DNA from: Eledone cirrhosa
Taxonomy: Eukaryota
DNA: 64,000 nucleotides
Direction of reading: 5' to 3'
Assembly: GCA_964016885.1 (NCBI GenBank)
Contig: OZ024740.1
Location: forward strand, 190,588,001 to 190,652,000
The notes under the pieces are model-generated. The model had not been told where the DNA came from, made no database searches, and was given only the letters and a program-made list of their open reading frames with translations. A program made the translations under genes and the position numbers. Below are positions 61,611 through 64,000 of this stretch, in pieces. The stretch's first letter is position 1. Each line of letters opens with the position of its first letter.

Positions 61611-62814
61611 CGAGCGATTGATGATCCGCTTTACCAAAGTCAAATGACGAACAAATAGATTTATCGCTCTACCTGACTAAATACAAGAAATGTAAATCTG
61701 AGTTTTGCCAATAGTAATAAAAATATTCGATTCGTATGCAATTATGTAACCAGCCTGTTATGCCGTGTCACTTTTATCACCTCGTCGTTTATAAGCCAAA
61801 ACAAGAGCGATAAACCTAATTATTATATCTGTTAGAACACGAAAAGTGTGAAACAACAGAATGTTCACCTTTCGTGTTCTAACATATATGCCTAGCTTTT
61901 ATAAAAATTTTTCGGGGATAGCCGTGGTGGTGGTGATCGTATGTCATTGGCTAATTTTCAACCAATCAGAGTACCTCTCTCTTTATCTCTTCCACTGTTA
62001 CTTACGCCTGTTTCTCTCTATCTGTTCCGTCTCTATATATATCTCTTACTCTTTCGCTTTGCACTCCTCCCCTTCAATACCATCTCTCCCCCTCTCTATA
62101 TATTTGTTACTCTATCGCTGCACGCTCCTCTCCTTCAATATATCAATTACACACGCTTTACACTCCTTTATCCCCAGCGCCCCTATATATACACCCCCCC
62201 CCCTCTCCCGCATCTATATTTTAATGTACCGTTGCACCGTGAATATATGTGTCTATATATATATACATATATATTGTATATACACATTCATGTATGTGTA
62301 TACACACTCATGTATGTATATACACTGGTTTTATGTGTGTATTGTAAATTTGTACTGTTAAAACACGAAACTAACATTCGATTGACACTTTGATTACCTG
62401 TACAGGCAATAGTTATTAGAATGCTGTTGAAGTGTGTATATATTTTTGGGGGACATCCTGTATATACACACATTATATATAATACAATAAACAGATAAAT
62501 ACACACATATATATATGAGCTTATTTAATTATAAATATTGTGAATTTTTAACTCAGTTCAATTATATATATAAATGGCTTCTACAGGACTAGAACTGTTT
62601 CATTCGAAAGAAATCATCATAATATTGAGAGGGGGGACTAGATAAAATATTTCAAATCAAATGTGTATAAGTTATAAGTTAAAATGTATAAATAGAGACG
62701 ATAGTGGAGGTATATCTGTTTAGTGGAACAGTAGACGATAGAATTAAATACAGACGATAATCTCCCTTTAATGAAACAGCAGACGATAGAATTAAGGCAA
62801 TTTAAATTTTAAGC

Positions 62815-62875
62815 ATTTGCATTTTTGCCTTTCATTGTTACGGGGTCGATAAAATAAAGTACCAGTAATACACTG
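62815..62875 (+). mobile_element. SINE core fragment
   Basis: ttgcctttcat..cggggtcgataaaataaagtaccagt. Confidence 0.75.
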
Positions 62876-63250
62876 TCACTATAAGTAGACGACTTTCAAA
62901 TTGAATTGTTGGTTCCATTTCTTTAGTATTTTCAATTGTAGTTATCTACTTAAAAAGCGTTACACGGTTAGAGACATAATTCGTAAGTTATATCTTCCCT
63001 ATTAAACCATTGCATTATTTCGCCTACAATAGAACAAAAATGAAATGTTCTTTAAAGAAACAGGAATATAACTTTATAAAAAAAAAAGTTGCATCCGCTT
63101 CTTTTATCATTGATAATTTTTTCGTTTTAATATTAATTGTTTTTTGTAGTTGTTTATATTAAAAATCTTACTGTAATATTTACTTAAACGAAGGCAAACA
63201 TCTAAACTTATAGATTAATCTTGAGCGAAGGACTAGATAAATCTCTCTCC

Positions 63251-63289
<39 letters not shown>

Positions 63290-63682
63290 AACGAAGAATG
63301 ATAAAATGTCAAGCAAAGAGTTTAATTAGGTATATTTTGTAATATTATTAACTAATTATTATAATTAACGCGCATATTTTGCTATCCTCAAACACGTCTT
63401 ACACATGGCATGAAATATAACTAATCCGAGATGGCTAGGTTTCATCTTCTAACTGGATATACGAAATCCATTATGTCTTGACAACAACATGAGGTAACAT
63501 TATGTTATTCACAGACACACTTTGTACACTGTTCCATATCAGAATGTATTTCCTTCGTCACATTCACAAACAGTATTGAAAATATGTTCTTCGGCAAATA
63601 AAAATGTTTTGTTCATAATATTTCAACTAGCGATTGCTCTACTCCACGCACGACCACCATAAATTAATGACCAGCTCAACAC

Positions 63683-63855
63683 AAGTATTGGTAGAGCGTC
63701 AGACACCATGCTTTGCAGTATTGTTATGGTCCTTTGCATTCTAAGTTCAAATCCTGCCGAGGTTAACTTCGACTTTCATACTTACTAATTCGATAAAATA
63801 AAGTACCAGTAATGGACTGCCGTAATGGATTTGTGCCGAAAAATAGAAACACTAT
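63683..63855 (+). mobile_element. tRNA-derived SINE
   Basis: Matches the other copies: agttcaaatcctgccgaggttaac..aataaagtaccagt. Confidence 0.82.
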
Positions 63856-64000
63856 TAATGTGCAATAAGAGCAAAATATAACGACATTGCTCAATTATTT
63901 TATCTAATGTTGTAATAACACAAGGAAATGTTGTTTGTGTATTTTTTTTTATATTTGCTCATAGGCTTTTACAATTTCGCTCAGCCAACAACTATTAAAA

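Overview
AT-rich, microsatellite-laden animal genomic DNA, most likely an octopod cephalopod (inferred from the Meta-domain tRNA-SINE family and the many long (TA)n arrays). No intact host gene is evident. The window is a retroelement mosaic. It holds a near full-length but decayed L1/Tx1-type LINE (~1520-7106), an R4/Dong-like RLE element, RTE and CRE fragments, eight SINE copies, and at least eight Penelope-like element (PLE; RT plus C-terminal GIY-YIG) copies or fragments. The main unannotated signal is non-coding: about 30 type-I hammerhead ribozyme (HHR) motifs from roughly ten sequence families, about ten with intact cores. They occur in PLE pseudo-LTRs, in ORF-less 430-610 bp tandem repeats (retrozyme-like) and in foldback palindromes, almost all delimited by (TA)n. 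Several carry a compensatory U3:A8 core. All calls were made by eye; coordinates are approximate.
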